Source of the DNA: Promethearchaeota archaeon Loki_b32
Lineage (GTDB): Archaea; Asgardarchaeota; Lokiarchaeia; Sigyniarchaeales; SOKP01
Length of the DNA: 64,000 nucleotides
Direction: 5' to 3'
Assembly (NCBI GenBank): GCA_005223125.1
Contig: NJBH01000017.1
Coordinates: 19,891-83,890, forward strand
The notes beneath the pieces are model-generated. The model was not told the DNA's origin. It was given only the letters and a program-made list of their open reading frames with translations, and did not search any database. The position numbers were made by a program, and so were the translations under genes. This document shows, in pieces, positions 31,589-42,102 of the stretch. Position 1 is the first letter of the stretch; each line of letters starts with the position of its first letter.

Positions 31589-32998
31589 ATGACTGTTCCA
31601 GATTTAAAAACTATAGATATTAAATTGGAGAAACCAGAAAATTCAAAAGGGGAAAAACAAGTAATTATCAGAGTAAAGGATCTTAAAACATATTTTCCTA
31701 TATATGGTGGTTTATTCAAACGTAAAATTGGTGAAGTCAAAGCTGTCGATGGGGTTACTTTTAATTTTTATAAAAATGAGACTTTAGGATTGGTAGGAGA
31801 GAGTGGGTGTGGCAAAACAACAATTGGAAATACCATTTTAAATTTAGTTCATAATAATGATGGAGAGATCTATTATGAAGACAGAAGGATTGATCATGAA
31901 AGAATGCAAGGAATATGGGAAAGAATAGCTCAAAAATTCAGCGATATGTATATCAGGGCTTTACCAATCATTTCTGGGAAATATAAAGGAAAAATCAATT
32001 CATGGATGACTAAAATACCATCTACTAAAACTTCTTCGTTTTTAATCAGTTTAGTTTTTGTTTTTTTGACAAGTTTTGGTGTGGTTTTTAGTGCAGGCTA
32101 TTTCGGAGTAACAGCAGCTTTCATAATTGGTCTAGGTCTTTTATCTATTCTAGTTATGGTTCTAGCTATCTTATCGACTAATTTTTCTTATACCAAAGTA
32201 AAATCCAGGGTTAAACAAATTCAAAAGGATTTACTGGTTGACAAATTTATTCGAAAAAGAATTCAAATGGTATTTCAAGATCCAGATGCTTCTTTAAACC
32301 CACGCTGGAAAGTGGTAAATATAATAGGTGAACCGCTAAAAATCTTAGAAGGTATAACAAAAAGAAGATTGATTAGAAAAAGAGTTCTAGAACTACTAGA
32401 AATAGTTTCAATGAAAAGAGAACACTTAGATCGATATCCACATGAGTTTTCTGGGGGTCAAAAACAAAGAATCGTGATTGCTAGGGCATTAGCATGTAAT
32501 CCTAAAGTAATCGTTTTAGATGAACCTACATCAGCCCTCGATGTTTCAGTACAAGCTCAAATTTTAAATTTATTAAAAGACCTTCAAACACAATTCGACT
32601 TATCATTTCTATTCATAACTCATGATCTTAGTGTAGTACAACATATAGCTGATAGAATTCTCGTAATGTATCTTGGTAAATTTGTCGAGACAGGAACTAT
32701 TGAGGAAGTATTTTACAATCCTACACATCCATACACTATAGCTTTATTATCAGCAAGACCCACATTCGATCCTAGTTCAAAAAGTAATAGAATTATATTA
32801 GAAGGTGATGTTCCTAGCCCTATAAATCCACCTACAGGCTGTGCATTTCACCCTAGATGTCCCGAAAAAGATAAGCATATAGGTTGTGGTGTAGAAAACC
32901 CTAGAAAAATTCATATAGGTGGAGACCATTATATAATGTGTTTACCCTTTAAGAAAGAAAGTAAATCCTATGAAGGAATGCAATATATTTCTGATTAA
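31589..32998 (+). CDS. oppF: Oligopeptide ABC ATPase with inserted hydrophobic hairpin
   Basis: GESGCGKT, FSGGQKQR, LDEPTSALD and GCAFHPRC motifs. Confidence 0.93.
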   Translation: MTVPDLKTIDIKLEKPENSKGEKQVIIRVKDLKTYFPIYGGLFKRKIGEVKAVDGVTFNFYKNETLGLVGESGCGKTTIGNTILNLVHNNDGEIYYEDRRIDHERMQGIWERIAQKFSDMYIRALPIISGKYKGKINSWMTKIPSTKTSSFLISLVFVFLTSFGVVFSAGYFGVTAAFIIGLGLLSILVMVLAILSTNFSYTKVKSRVKQIQKDLLVDKFIRKRIQMVFQDPDASLNPRWKVVNIIGEPLKILEGITKRRLIRKRVLELLEIVSMKREHLDRYPHEFSGGQKQRIVIARALACNPKVIVLDEPTSALDVSVQAQILNLLKDLQTQFDLSFLFITHDLSVVQHIADRILVMYLGKFVETGTIEEVFYNPTHPYTIALLSARPTFDPSSKSNRIILEGDVPSPINPPTGCAFHPRCPEKDKHIGCGVENPRKIHIGGDHYIMCLPFKKESKSYEGMQYISD

Positions 32999-33134
32999 TT
33001 TTTATATTTCTATTCAACTTAATATTTTTTATATTATTATTTTTACTTTATTTTTCAATTATTCTTCATAATTTAAGTTATATTTTGATTAAAATTTAGA
33101 AATAAAGTTAAATGATTCTTTTTTTTTTCACCTA

Positions 33135-34307
33135 ATGAACCCAAAAAAATCTCAAGTATTTATTGTTAAAACTTCGCCTAAAACAGTCTTGGATGATTAT
33201 AAAAATTTAATGCAACTTACGAATTATGAAAAATTATATAATAAAGATGAAAACATAATAATAAAATTAAATTTAAGTTGGTCTAAATTCTTTCCCGCAT
33301 GTTCTAGCCCACCATGGCAAGTAGAAGGAGTATTGAAAACAATGGTTGAAGATGGGTACAATCCAAAGAAAATATTCTCCGCTGAAAATAAAACTGTAGT
33401 AACAAATATAGAAAAAGGATTAAAGGGCAATAAGTGGGGCCCAATTTTCGATAAATACGGGGTGTGGTTTGTTCCTTTAACTCGAATCCCATTTGTACCT
33501 TACGAATCTCTAAGATCCAAATTTCTTACACTAAAAAATAAAAGGTTACATGCTTTAGATTCAAAAATTTTTCCCGAAGGTTTTCTTATTCCGAAGTTTT
33601 ATGTTGGCAAACCGATAATACATCTCCCAACTATGAAAACTCATGGTCATACTGGAGCTATTGGTGGGTCTTTAAAAAAGACAAGTGGAAAAATGAAGCA
33701 TGGTGGTATAACATGCGCCATGAAAAATGCTTTTGGAGGTCTTTTGACAAAAAGAAGGCATTTTTCACATCAATATATGTCTGAAGTATTAGTAGACTTA
33801 CTTATCATTCAAAAACAAATTCACCCAAACATATTAGCAATCGTAGATGGAACTGTATGTGGTGATGGAGCAGGACCAAGAACAATGATTCCCCATATTA
33901 AAAACTTTATTATTGCTGGTTATGATCAAGTTGCAGTTGATACGGTTGTAGCCAAAATGATGGGGTTTGAACCTTTAGAATTACCAGCAATAAGAATGGC
34001 TCACGAAGAAGGTTTGGGATGTGGAGATTTCAACCAAGTTGAAATTATTGGAGATGATGTATCGAATATAAACTGGAATTTTAAAGTAAAACGCAGTATA
34101 GTTATTTGGGGAGACCAAATGGTACGTAAAGGACGATTACAATTTCTTTATCCTCTTTTTAAAAACAAACTCTTCTTTTTAGGACCTACTTATGCTTCCA
34201 TGATATATCATGACATGTTCTGGTATCCTACTATTGGTAAACGAAGAATTAAGAAATTTTTTCAAACTGAATGGGGTAAAATCTTCTGTAATTATCCTAA
34301 AAAATAA
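33135..34307 (+). CDS. DUF362 family protein
   Basis: IKLNLSW, LPTMKTH, AMKNAFGG and DQVAVD motifs. Confidence 0.8.
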   Translation: MNPKKSQVFIVKTSPKTVLDDYKNLMQLTNYEKLYNKDENIIIKLNLSWSKFFPACSSPPWQVEGVLKTMVEDGYNPKKIFSAENKTVVTNIEKGLKGNKWGPIFDKYGVWFVPLTRIPFVPYESLRSKFLTLKNKRLHALDSKIFPEGFLIPKFYVGKPIIHLPTMKTHGHTGAIGGSLKKTSGKMKHGGITCAMKNAFGGLLTKRRHFSHQYMSEVLVDLLIIQKQIHPNILAIVDGTVCGDGAGPRTMIPHIKNFIIAGYDQVAVDTVVAKMMGFEPLELPAIRMAHEEGLGCGDFNQVEIIGDDVSNINWNFKVKRSIVIWGDQMVRKGRLQFLYPLFKNKLFFLGPTYASMIYHDMFWYPTIGKRRIKKFFQTEWGKIFCNYPKK

Positions 34308-34353
34308 AGTGATTTCTAAGGATAAATTTATTTTCAATATAACATAAAAACAA

Positions 34354-35136
34354 TTATTTTACAATATCCTTTATCATTTTAATGAAATTTAAACTTGCAG
34401 TATGTTTTTTCAATTTCAAATGAATAAGAAATTCTAATGAACCCTCTTTACCTAATATTGGCGATTTTATGATTCCTAATGTGAAAATTTGATTTTCTCT
34501 ATTCCATTGAATTAGATTTTTGAGAATTTCAAAAAGTTGATTAGGATCTTGTATAACATCAAACTTATCTTTTTTATGAAATTCTGTTTCAAATATTGGT
34601 TTTACTAATGCAATAATATCTCCGTCCTCTTTGAGGACTCGCTTTACATTTGGCAAAATTGTTCTTAATGAGGCAAAAGTAACATCTATCGTACAGATAT
34701 CAAGTTTTTCTTTAATGGGTATTAAGTTACGAGCATCTAGGCCAGATATAGGTATAATTTTATCTTTAATCTTTTCTTTCTTTAGTGATGGGTGAAGCAA
34801 ATCGATGGCAGTATCGATTGCATATACTCTAGATGCACCATGTTTTAATAAACAATCTGTAAAGCCACCTACAGACGAGCCAATATCAGCACATGTCTTT
34901 CCTTTTGGTGAAATTGAAAATATATTTAATGCTGCTTCTAATTTTATACCACCACGACTAACATATGGGAAATTCTTCTTTAATTGAATTTCTTGATTAA
35001 TATCTACTAATTTTCCAGGTTTTATTACTTTTTTTCCATTAATAAAGACATAACCATTTTTTATTAACCATTGCACTTTAGTTCTACTTTCCACTAAATT
35101 TTTTTCTACTAATATGAAATCAATTCGCTTTTTCAT
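34354..35136 (-). CDS. tlyA: TlyA family rRNA 2'-O-methyltransferase (S4 + FtsJ domains)
   Basis: KRIDFILV, YVSRGGIKL, DIGSSVGGFTDCLL and LVKPIFE motifs. Confidence 0.9.
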   Translation of the reverse strand: MKKRIDFILVEKNLVESRTKVQWLIKNGYVFINGKKVIKPGKLVDINQEIQLKKNFPYVSRGGIKLEAALNIFSISPKGKTCADIGSSVGGFTDCLLKHGASRVYAIDTAIDLLHPSLKKEKIKDKIIPISGLDARNLIPIKEKLDICTIDVTFASLRTILPNVKRVLKEDGDIIALVKPIFETEFHKKDKFDVIQDPNQLFEILKNLIQWNRENQIFTLGIIKSPILGKEGSLEFLIHLKLKKHTASLNFIKMIKDIVK

Positions 35137-35805
35137 TGTATATTCATCTTATTATGTCTTTTGTGTAATCTTTCTTCAACTTTCAACGCATAACCTAAGC
35201 TTAATTTTCCAATCTGCACCTTTATTGATGCCTTCCCTTCCCATGTTTTAAATATAATCCTTAATAAAATTCCCATAAATATAAATGCTCCTGCTATGAA
35301 AAACCAAATATTAATAACGTTCAATTGTTGGAAAAACAAGAAATACAAGAAATTATGTGCTAAATAAATTGTTAGAGAGTAGTATGAATAATAAAATAAG
35401 AATTTATAACTTTTGTGAGGTCTAATTATCTCAAAAACTTCAAAAATTAAAAATATAGAAATTAGAACCACATCAATTCCTATTGAATAAATTGCCCACG
35501 AAAAACTTCTTCTCATCAAAAACCTAGGAAAATTTAACAAAATACCAAAAGCTATTAAAAAGATTCCACATAATATGGAGGGAATCAAAAAGTTATGTCC
35601 AAAAGCTCTCTTTTTGTCTTCTTCACTTTGATTTACAAATAATGTATGAAAAAGAGTATCTCCAATTACGGTTCCAAATAGGAAAGAAGGGAAGAAAGTG
35701 AGTATTGGATCTTGGTTAATATTATGATATAAGATATGAAAAAATAAGCCAAATAAATTGGAATCACCTTCATATGGTAATAATATTGATAGTATAATTA
35801 CATTA
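35133..35805 (-). pseudogene. 5'-truncated paralog of the adjacent HGSNAT-like/DUF1624 membrane acyltransferase
   Basis: DPILTFFPSFLFGTVIGD and KSYKFLFYYSYYSLTIYLAHN align to the C-terminal half of 35803-36897; homology begins at the upstream gene's stop codon. Confidence 0.7.
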
Positions 35806-36897
35806 ATCTCTATTTTTCCTTTTCTCCAGTTCCTTAGATAAACCCAATGCCAATTTACCAATTTGAATTTTTAGTGAGAAAGAAGAGCCATACTTTTTAT
35901 ATAAAAACTTTAGTAATATTACATACAGAATAATTGCGACTGTTACAAAAAGCCAAAAATGACCCTCACTCATTTGACCATAAAAAAGAAAATATAAAAC
36001 ATTATGGCTTAAATAAACGGTCAAAGAAAAGTATGAATAATAAAACAAGAATTTATAACTTTTACTCGTGCTAAATATTCCATACGCTTCCAGTGTTAAC
36101 AAAACTGACATAAAAATTAAGCATACTCCCAATGAAAAATAAATCCAATAAAAGTTTTTACCTTGAAAAAATTCAGGAAATATAAATATAATAGTAAAAA
36201 CAATTAAACCAATTCCTATTATCAATGAAGGGAATAATATTTTTTTCTTAACAGCTTGCTTTTTTTCTTTTTGATCTTCCATATTAAAGATCTCTAAAAT
36301 AAGATCTCCTATCACTGTACCGATTAGGAAAAAAGGAAAAGCGGCTAAAATTGGATCTAATTCTATGGTATTGTATAAAACAAAATATAATATTCCATAA
36401 AAATTTGGCTTATTTTTGTACTGAGCTAATAACCAAAATATAAAATCGTTTAGAAAGAAAATTATTATAGCCAATATAATCCTTAATGATTTTGATTTTT
36501 TCAATAACGGCCATGCCATAAAAAGGGAAACTGCTATTGATAATAACATGAACCATGTCCATATTATTAAAGGATTCATTACTCTAATTGCTACAAAAAT
36601 GTTATAAACTAAAGCTATTGCCAAGATTAACAGGGCTCTAAAAAGATATTCATTTCTTAACATTTGTAAAGTATAAGTCTCTGATATTTTCTTAATTCTA
36701 TTATCATATGAAATGAAAGTGCTAATACCAGAAATGAACATGAACATACCACCTGAAGAACGATCTATAAAGGAACTTGTAATGATATTTAAAGTTGAAT
36801 TTGGGCCATTTATTATCCACCAATCCCTTAAATGTACCCACACCATTATGGCCAAGTTTAAACCACGAAAAATATCAATGGCTTTTAATCTCTTCAT
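35803..36897 (-). CDS. HGSNAT-like/DUF1624 membrane acyltransferase
   Basis: KRLKAIDIFRGLNLAIMVWVH and FMFISGIS motifs; multi-pass membrane protein. Confidence 0.8.
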   Translation of the reverse strand: MKRLKAIDIFRGLNLAIMVWVHLRDWWIINGPNSTLNIITSSFIDRSSGGMFMFISGISTFISYDNRIKKISETYTLQMLRNEYLFRALLILAIALVYNIFVAIRVMNPLIIWTWFMLLSIAVSLFMAWPLLKKSKSLRIILAIIIFFLNDFIFWLLAQYKNKPNFYGILYFVLYNTIELDPILAAFPFFLIGTVIGDLILEIFNMEDQKEKKQAVKKKILFPSLIIGIGLIVFTIIFIFPEFFQGKNFYWIYFSLGVCLIFMSVLLTLEAYGIFSTSKSYKFLFYYSYFSLTVYLSHNVLYFLFYGQMSEGHFWLFVTVAIILYVILLKFLYKKYGSSFSLKIQIGKLALGLSKELEKRKNRD

Positions 36898-36923
36898 CGT
36901 TAACACATTTTTTTCTCTTGTTA

Positions 36924-37799
36924 TTAAATATAATTAAATTGGTTATAATTACTGTTTTTTGCCATTTTTATTAATTTTATAGATTTACTTAATGATAAAT
37001 TGCCCAATAAGACATTTTCAGCAATCTCAATTAGTCTTTGGTCAATTTCCTCATTATCATCCACGGAATTCTCATGAAATTCTTCAGTTTTCATCTTATT
37101 ATGGCTTTTTTGTTTTATAATCGTTTGATAATTCTGAGATGTAATTTCAAAACCGTCTCTGAGTGAGATAATCAAGGCAGCTGCTTCATCTTTTGGAATT
37201 TTTTTTTTAGATTCATCTCGAATTTTATATTTGGAAGTTTTTGATTCATCGATTAATAATACTCTCAACCATTCTTTATTAAAATTTTTAAATATTTCCT
37301 CAATTAGTTTTTGAGTTATAGGCATAATACCTCTTCCAAATTTAAATATTAATTTTAAGGGATTTGGATTGCCTTCTTGAAGTGCAAAAAAATATGTCTG
37401 GATTATATTAATTAATTTATCATAATCATAAATCGTATGAGAATTTAAATAATAATCATCTAGAAAAATAACTAACCCTAAATGTTTCGTGCCAGGGTCA
37501 ATTGAAAAAATTAATTCTGAATAATTTTTTTTCCCTATTTTTTTTCCCGCTAAAACTTTTACAATATATTGCTCAAAATTGTCTTCTTTCGCATAAGGGA
37601 GGATCTTACTTTTTATCTTATCTACATTTTTAAAATTATTCATTTCTTTTAAAGTTGAAAGAATAATAGAGTTTGGAATATTTGGGATTTTGTTTCCTAT
37701 ATTTAACACTTCAAATTTAACTTGTAGACGTTCTAACTCCTTATTTAATCGATAGAAAAAATTTAAATCCTCCGTTAACACAAATATATTAGTTCTCAA
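36924..37799 (-). CDS. Hypothetical protein with RNase H-fold (YqgF/RuvC-like) motif
   Basis: FSIDPGTKHLGLV, IDESKTS and DEAAALII motifs. Confidence 0.65.
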   Translation of the reverse strand: MRTNIFVLTEDLNFFYRLNKELERLQVKFEVLNIGNKIPNIPNSIILSTLKEMNNFKNVDKIKSKILPYAKEDNFEQYIVKVLAGKKIGKKNYSELIFSIDPGTKHLGLVIFLDDYYLNSHTIYDYDKLINIIQTYFFALQEGNPNPLKLIFKFGRGIMPITQKLIEEIFKNFNKEWLRVLLIDESKTSKYKIRDESKKKIPKDEAAALIISLRDGFEITSQNYQTIIKQKSHNKMKTEEFHENSVDDNEEIDQRLIEIAENVLLGNLSLSKSIKLIKMAKNSNYNQFNYI

Positions 37800-37843
37800 A
37801 TTATAATTATAAATATTAGATAAAATTAATAATTTCTAATTAC

Positions 37844-38533
37844 ATGAAATTTCCCACTTTAGAGTTAAATAAATGGATTAATTCCATAAAAATTTTGAAA
37901 GGAATTTTTTCAGTATTTGGGGATTTTGGTGTTGGAAAAACTACATTTGCGCTCCAAACTGCAATAAATACAGCTAAAATTGGAAAAAATGTTATATATG
38001 TCTATACTAAACCCAATTTCCCCTCGGAAAAAATCCAATTGATTAAGAAAGACTCTAAAGAAATTTTAGATAACATAATATTTGTTCATATAACAAATTT
38101 TGATGAATTATATCGTGTTATTTTTAATTTCGAATTTTTAGTATTAAACTTCTTGAATGAGAAAATGAACAAATTGAACTTTATTATAATAGATTCAATA
38201 ACGAATTTGTATAATTTAGAATTAAATAAAGATAATAAAAAAAAGAATTATAACCGAAATTATCAACTAAATCAAATTTTGGCTAACTTAACTTATCTAA
38301 ATGAAAGTTATGGCATTGAAATATTGATAGTTAATGAGATAAGCAGAAAAATTAGAGAGAATCAAATAATCGAGGTTCAAAGTGGAGGAAAAGTTATGGA
38401 ATTCTGGGTAAAATATAATTTAAAAATAAATAAGACCAACAAATTAAATGAGAGAAAATTCATTTTCAACAATATTCCAGAAAAGCAATCAATTGTATTC
38501 AATTCAAATTTGAGAGAAAAAGGATTTGAATAA
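37844..38533 (+). CDS. radB: RadB-like RecA-superfamily ATPase
   Basis: GDFGVGKT Walker A, IIIDSIT Walker B, SGGKVMEFW. Confidence 0.7.
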   Translation: MKFPTLELNKWINSIKILKGIFSVFGDFGVGKTTFALQTAINTAKIGKNVIYVYTKPNFPSEKIQLIKKDSKEILDNIIFVHITNFDELYRVIFNFEFLVLNFLNEKMNKLNFIIIDSITNLYNLELNKDNKKKNYNRNYQLNQILANLTYLNESYGIEILIVNEISRKIRENQIIEVQSGGKVMEFWVKYNLKINKTNKLNERKFIFNNIPEKQSIVFNSNLREKGFE

Positions 38534-38585
38534 TATTAATAAGTCAATTTCGGTTGTTTTCAAATAATTTATTAAATAGTGAACT

Positions 38586-39815
38586 ATGTTAAAAAAAGAT
38601 CTTATTTTAATTAAAGAAGGTTTAACAGAATTTTACATCCATAATATTGATCAAGAAGCAGTCCCCTCAAAGTCAATGAATGTCTTTTATAATAAGCGAA
38701 TGGAGATTAACCGTGATATTTCAATTTTGGCCATTAATGCGTATAATGAATTATATCACCAAAAAAATCTTATCATTATTGATTCTATGGCAGCATCAGG
38801 GATTAGCTCAATTAGGATGATAAATGAATGCAAGAATATTAAAAAGATTTTTATTAATGATATTAACCCTGAAGCTGTTAAACTAATAAAGAAAAACATT
38901 AAATTAAACAATCTTGAAAAAATCCCAATTCAAATAGAAATCAGCCAAAAAGATGCAAATCTCCTTTTTTCTGAAATTGCCACTAATAAAGGTAAACATT
39001 CAAGTGAAACAGAAAAAAAACCAAATGTAATTTCAATTGATCCTTTTGGTACTCCAAATCTTTATACTGACTCTGCTTTCAAGGCATTACAAAATATAAA
39101 TGGTTTAATGTGTATTACCGCTACAGATACAGCGGTTTTATTTGGAGTACGCCCCAATGTATGTTTTAGGAAATATTTGGCTAAACCGCTTTATACAGAA
39201 TATTCTAAGGAAATTGGAGGACGAATTTTATTATATTTCATTTCTCGAATAGCTAATATTAATAAGATGGGAATAATACCCTTATTAACCTTCTACTCTG
39301 GTCATTTTATCAGAGTATTTTGTTTAACATTTAAAAATAAAAAGCAAATTTCAAAATCTTTTGAAAATTTTGGGTATATTATTCACTGTAAAAATTGTGG
39401 ATATCGATCCTCTATTAATAATAGTATTTTAAAAATACCCAAAGAATGTCCTGGATGCAGGAATAGAGAAAATCTTGATTATGCTGGCCCTTTATGGATA
39501 GGTAGAATTCATGAAATTAATTTTATTAATAAAATGCTTAAATTAAATGAAATTTCTAAAATAAATTATAAAAAAAGGATAGAAAAACTCTTAACATTCG
39601 CTATTGAAGAAAATAATAAGCCCCTTTCTTATTTCAACCTTCATAAACTCAGTCAAATTTTAAAACTTACTTCTGTTCCAAAAATTAAAAATGTCATCAA
39701 TATAATTAAACAAAAGGGTTACCAAGCTTCGAGGACTCATTTTGATTTATTGTCAATAAAAAGTGACTTGGATATATCCTTATTAAAAAAAATTCTAATC
39801 GATACACAAAAGTGA
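38586..39815 (+). CDS. trm1: tRNA (guanine26-N2)-dimethyltransferase
   Basis: VFYNKRMEINRD, IDPFGTP, TATDTAVL, GPLWIG and SRTHF motifs. Confidence 0.95.
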   Translation: MLKKDLILIKEGLTEFYIHNIDQEAVPSKSMNVFYNKRMEINRDISILAINAYNELYHQKNLIIIDSMAASGISSIRMINECKNIKKIFINDINPEAVKLIKKNIKLNNLEKIPIQIEISQKDANLLFSEIATNKGKHSSETEKKPNVISIDPFGTPNLYTDSAFKALQNINGLMCITATDTAVLFGVRPNVCFRKYLAKPLYTEYSKEIGGRILLYFISRIANINKMGIIPLLTFYSGHFIRVFCLTFKNKKQISKSFENFGYIIHCKNCGYRSSINNSILKIPKECPGCRNRENLDYAGPLWIGRIHEINFINKMLKLNEISKINYKKRIEKLLTFAIEENNKPLSYFNLHKLSQILKLTSVPKIKNVINIIKQKGYQASRTHFDLLSIKSDLDISLLKKILIDTQK

Positions 39816-39829
39816 TTATGTAGTATAAA

Positions 39830-40468
39830 ATGGCAAATCATAAAGATTTTCATAAAAAAGAAACCTATTACAAACAAGCCAAAGTAGATGGCTATCGCGC
39901 AAGATCTGCCTATAAATTATTTGATATTCAAAAAAGGTTCAACATTTTTAGAAGAGCATTTTATATATTAGATATAGGATGCGCTCCGGGTTCATGGTTA
40001 CAAGTAGCAAAAAAGTATGCCGAAGAGAATCTAGTTAGATACAGCGATCAACACTATCATCGAGATCATTATAAGATAATGGGTGTTGATATTAAGAAAA
40101 CATCACCTATTGAAAATGTTAATATTGTAAAAGCAGATATTACGAAACTAGAAATCCAAACAAAATTTAATCTATTCTTTCAAAGTAAATTAGATTTAAT
40201 CTTATCAGATGCTTCAATAAAGAAGACTGGAAATAAATTCACTGACCATTTAAAACAATTAGATCTTTGTTATAAAATAATGGAAATTGTAAGAAATAAT
40301 TTAAAATTTAAAGGTAATCTAATACTTAAGGCTTTCCAAGGTTCCGATTTTGTTAAATTTACCAAAGAAGTGAAACCATTATTTAAAATTTTAAAATCAT
40401 ATAAACCTATGTCTTCCAAAAAAAAAAGTAATGAGATTTTTATTATTGGTTTACAAAAAAAAAATTAA
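39830..40468 (+). CDS. rlmE: 23S rRNA Um2552 2'-O-methyltransferase (FtsJ/RlmE)
   Basis: GYRARSAYKL, DIGCAPGSWLQV, LSDA, KAFQG and SNEIF motifs. Confidence 0.93.
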   Translation: MANHKDFHKKETYYKQAKVDGYRARSAYKLFDIQKRFNIFRRAFYILDIGCAPGSWLQVAKKYAEENLVRYSDQHYHRDHYKIMGVDIKKTSPIENVNIVKADITKLEIQTKFNLFFQSKLDLILSDASIKKTGNKFTDHLKQLDLCYKIMEIVRNNLKFKGNLILKAFQGSDFVKFTKEVKPLFKILKSYKPMSSKKKSNEIFIIGLQKKN

Positions 40469-41076
40469 ATATCTTGCAATCTAGCCTCAATTTCATCAAA
40501 ATTTATGCTATAGTCTTCTCCATTTGAAGCTAATTCAATCCATTCAGTTAACCAAGGGCAATGTTGTGGATTAAATTGATCAAGATTAGTGTCGTTACAT
40601 TTATCTCGAAAGGGACATATGAAACAAGGCTGTCTAGAAAACATAATCCAAATAAAATCCTTTTCATTTTTATTAATTTTCAGATTTTTAATTTTTACAT
40701 CAATTTCCTCAAGTGCATAGATATGTTTTGTCCATGAGGCATCAACTAATTCTCGGATCATTTTAATTTTTGATTGTAATAATAATAATTCTAAGATAGT
40801 TTCTAAATCGTTACGTTTTTTATTACTTAATTCCATTAACCTGTTAAATAGTATATCTTTTTCGCGATTTATTATATTTAGAACTGTTTTTTCATCTTTT
40901 CTTAATGTTCGGTTGAATTTTTTCTTTTTTTCTTCAATTCTTTCTATTCTTCTCTCAACGTCCGATTTTTCTTCTAAAGGGCCTTCAACACGTTCTTTTA
41001 TTTTACATTTATGACGTGATAAATAAGCAAACCCTTTACCACAATAAGGGCAAATTTCTCTTTTTTTTTTTGCCAT
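40465..41076 (-). CDS. TFE beta / RPC34-like protein (winged helix + Fe-S cluster) with extra N-terminal zinc finger
   Basis: C-terminal PCFICPFRDKC...NPQHCPWLTEW Cys cluster; N-terminal CPYCGK..HKC. Confidence 0.7.
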   Translation of the reverse strand: MAKKKREICPYCGKGFAYLSRHKCKIKERVEGPLEEKSDVERRIERIEEKKKKFNRTLRKDEKTVLNIINREKDILFNRLMELSNKKRNDLETILELLLLQSKIKMIRELVDASWTKHIYALEEIDVKIKNLKINKNEKDFIWIMFSRQPCFICPFRDKCNDTNLDQFNPQHCPWLTEWIELASNGEDYSINFDEIEARLQDI

Positions 41077-41264
41077 TGTAATGATTTGAGTTATTTTGAT
41101 AAGTTTAAATTAAAATCATAAAAATATAAGGACTATGATATAATCTTTATGAATATTTTAAAATTAATTTTACGATTTTTTAAGATTTAACATATATTTA
41201 TGGCTAATTTTATATTAGTAATTTTAAATTGTATTTAAACTAGAGAGTTCATTAATAAATAACA

Positions 41265-42092
41265 ATGATGATCAATCAAATATTAGGAATCGATAAGCAT
41301 CAAGTAATTAAACTACAAAATATACATGATACTCTCGAAATTAATAGAAATAAAATATATATTTTAGCTTCAGGAGCAAAAAATTTTGATGATACTATTG
41401 GAGGTGGTTTTTACAAAGGTAATAAATATTTGATTTTTGGAGCTAATAAAACAGGTAAAACCCAGTTATGTCATCAACTATGTGTTCAAGCTTTTATACA
41501 ATTCTCTAAAATTGTTAATAACTCTAAAATTAAGAATAAGCAATTTGTATTTTATTTTGATACGGAAAATACATTCAGACCTGAAAGAATAAAGGAGCTA
41601 ATATTAAAGTATAATGTCAATTACGATAAAATACTTAAAAATATTTTAGTTTCTAAAATTATGAGTAATTCTGCCTTCTTACTTTCATTAAAAGAACTCG
41701 AAAAATTCTTAGAAAAAAATACCATTACCATACTTATAATTGATTCAATAAATAACTACTATAATTCTGATTTAGCCAATAAAAGCATTTCCGTTAATAA
41801 AGCTAAAGAGATTTTTTTGAGAATCTTAGCTTTAATAAATAAACTCACTTTAGAATATAGTTTAATTACCATAACTACAGCTCAAGTAACTTTAAATTTA
41901 AATAAAGATTCCCCCTTAAGAGTGCTTCCTGTCGGTAACTCCATTTTAAACCACTTTTTTTCAGAATATGTATATTTGGATTATAAAGAACAAGATAAAA
42001 GATATGTTCAATTAGTAAATTCTATTAATCTTCCTGAAAAAAGACTACTTTACAAAATAACTTCTTCTGGAATTCAAGATTATAAAATTTAA
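41265..42092 (+). CDS. RadA/Rad51 paralog lacking the N-terminal HhH domain
   Basis: GANKTGKTQLCHQL, DTENTFRPERI and IIDSI motifs. Confidence 0.85.
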   Translation: MMINQILGIDKHQVIKLQNIHDTLEINRNKIYILASGAKNFDDTIGGGFYKGNKYLIFGANKTGKTQLCHQLCVQAFIQFSKIVNNSKIKNKQFVFYFDTENTFRPERIKELILKYNVNYDKILKNILVSKIMSNSAFLLSLKELEKFLEKNTITILIIDSINNYYNSDLANKSISVNKAKEIFLRILALINKLTLEYSLITITTAQVTLNLNKDSPLRVLPVGNSILNHFFSEYVYLDYKEQDKRYVQLVNSINLPEKRLLYKITSSGIQDYKI

Positions 42093-42102
42093 TTTTTTAG
42101 TA

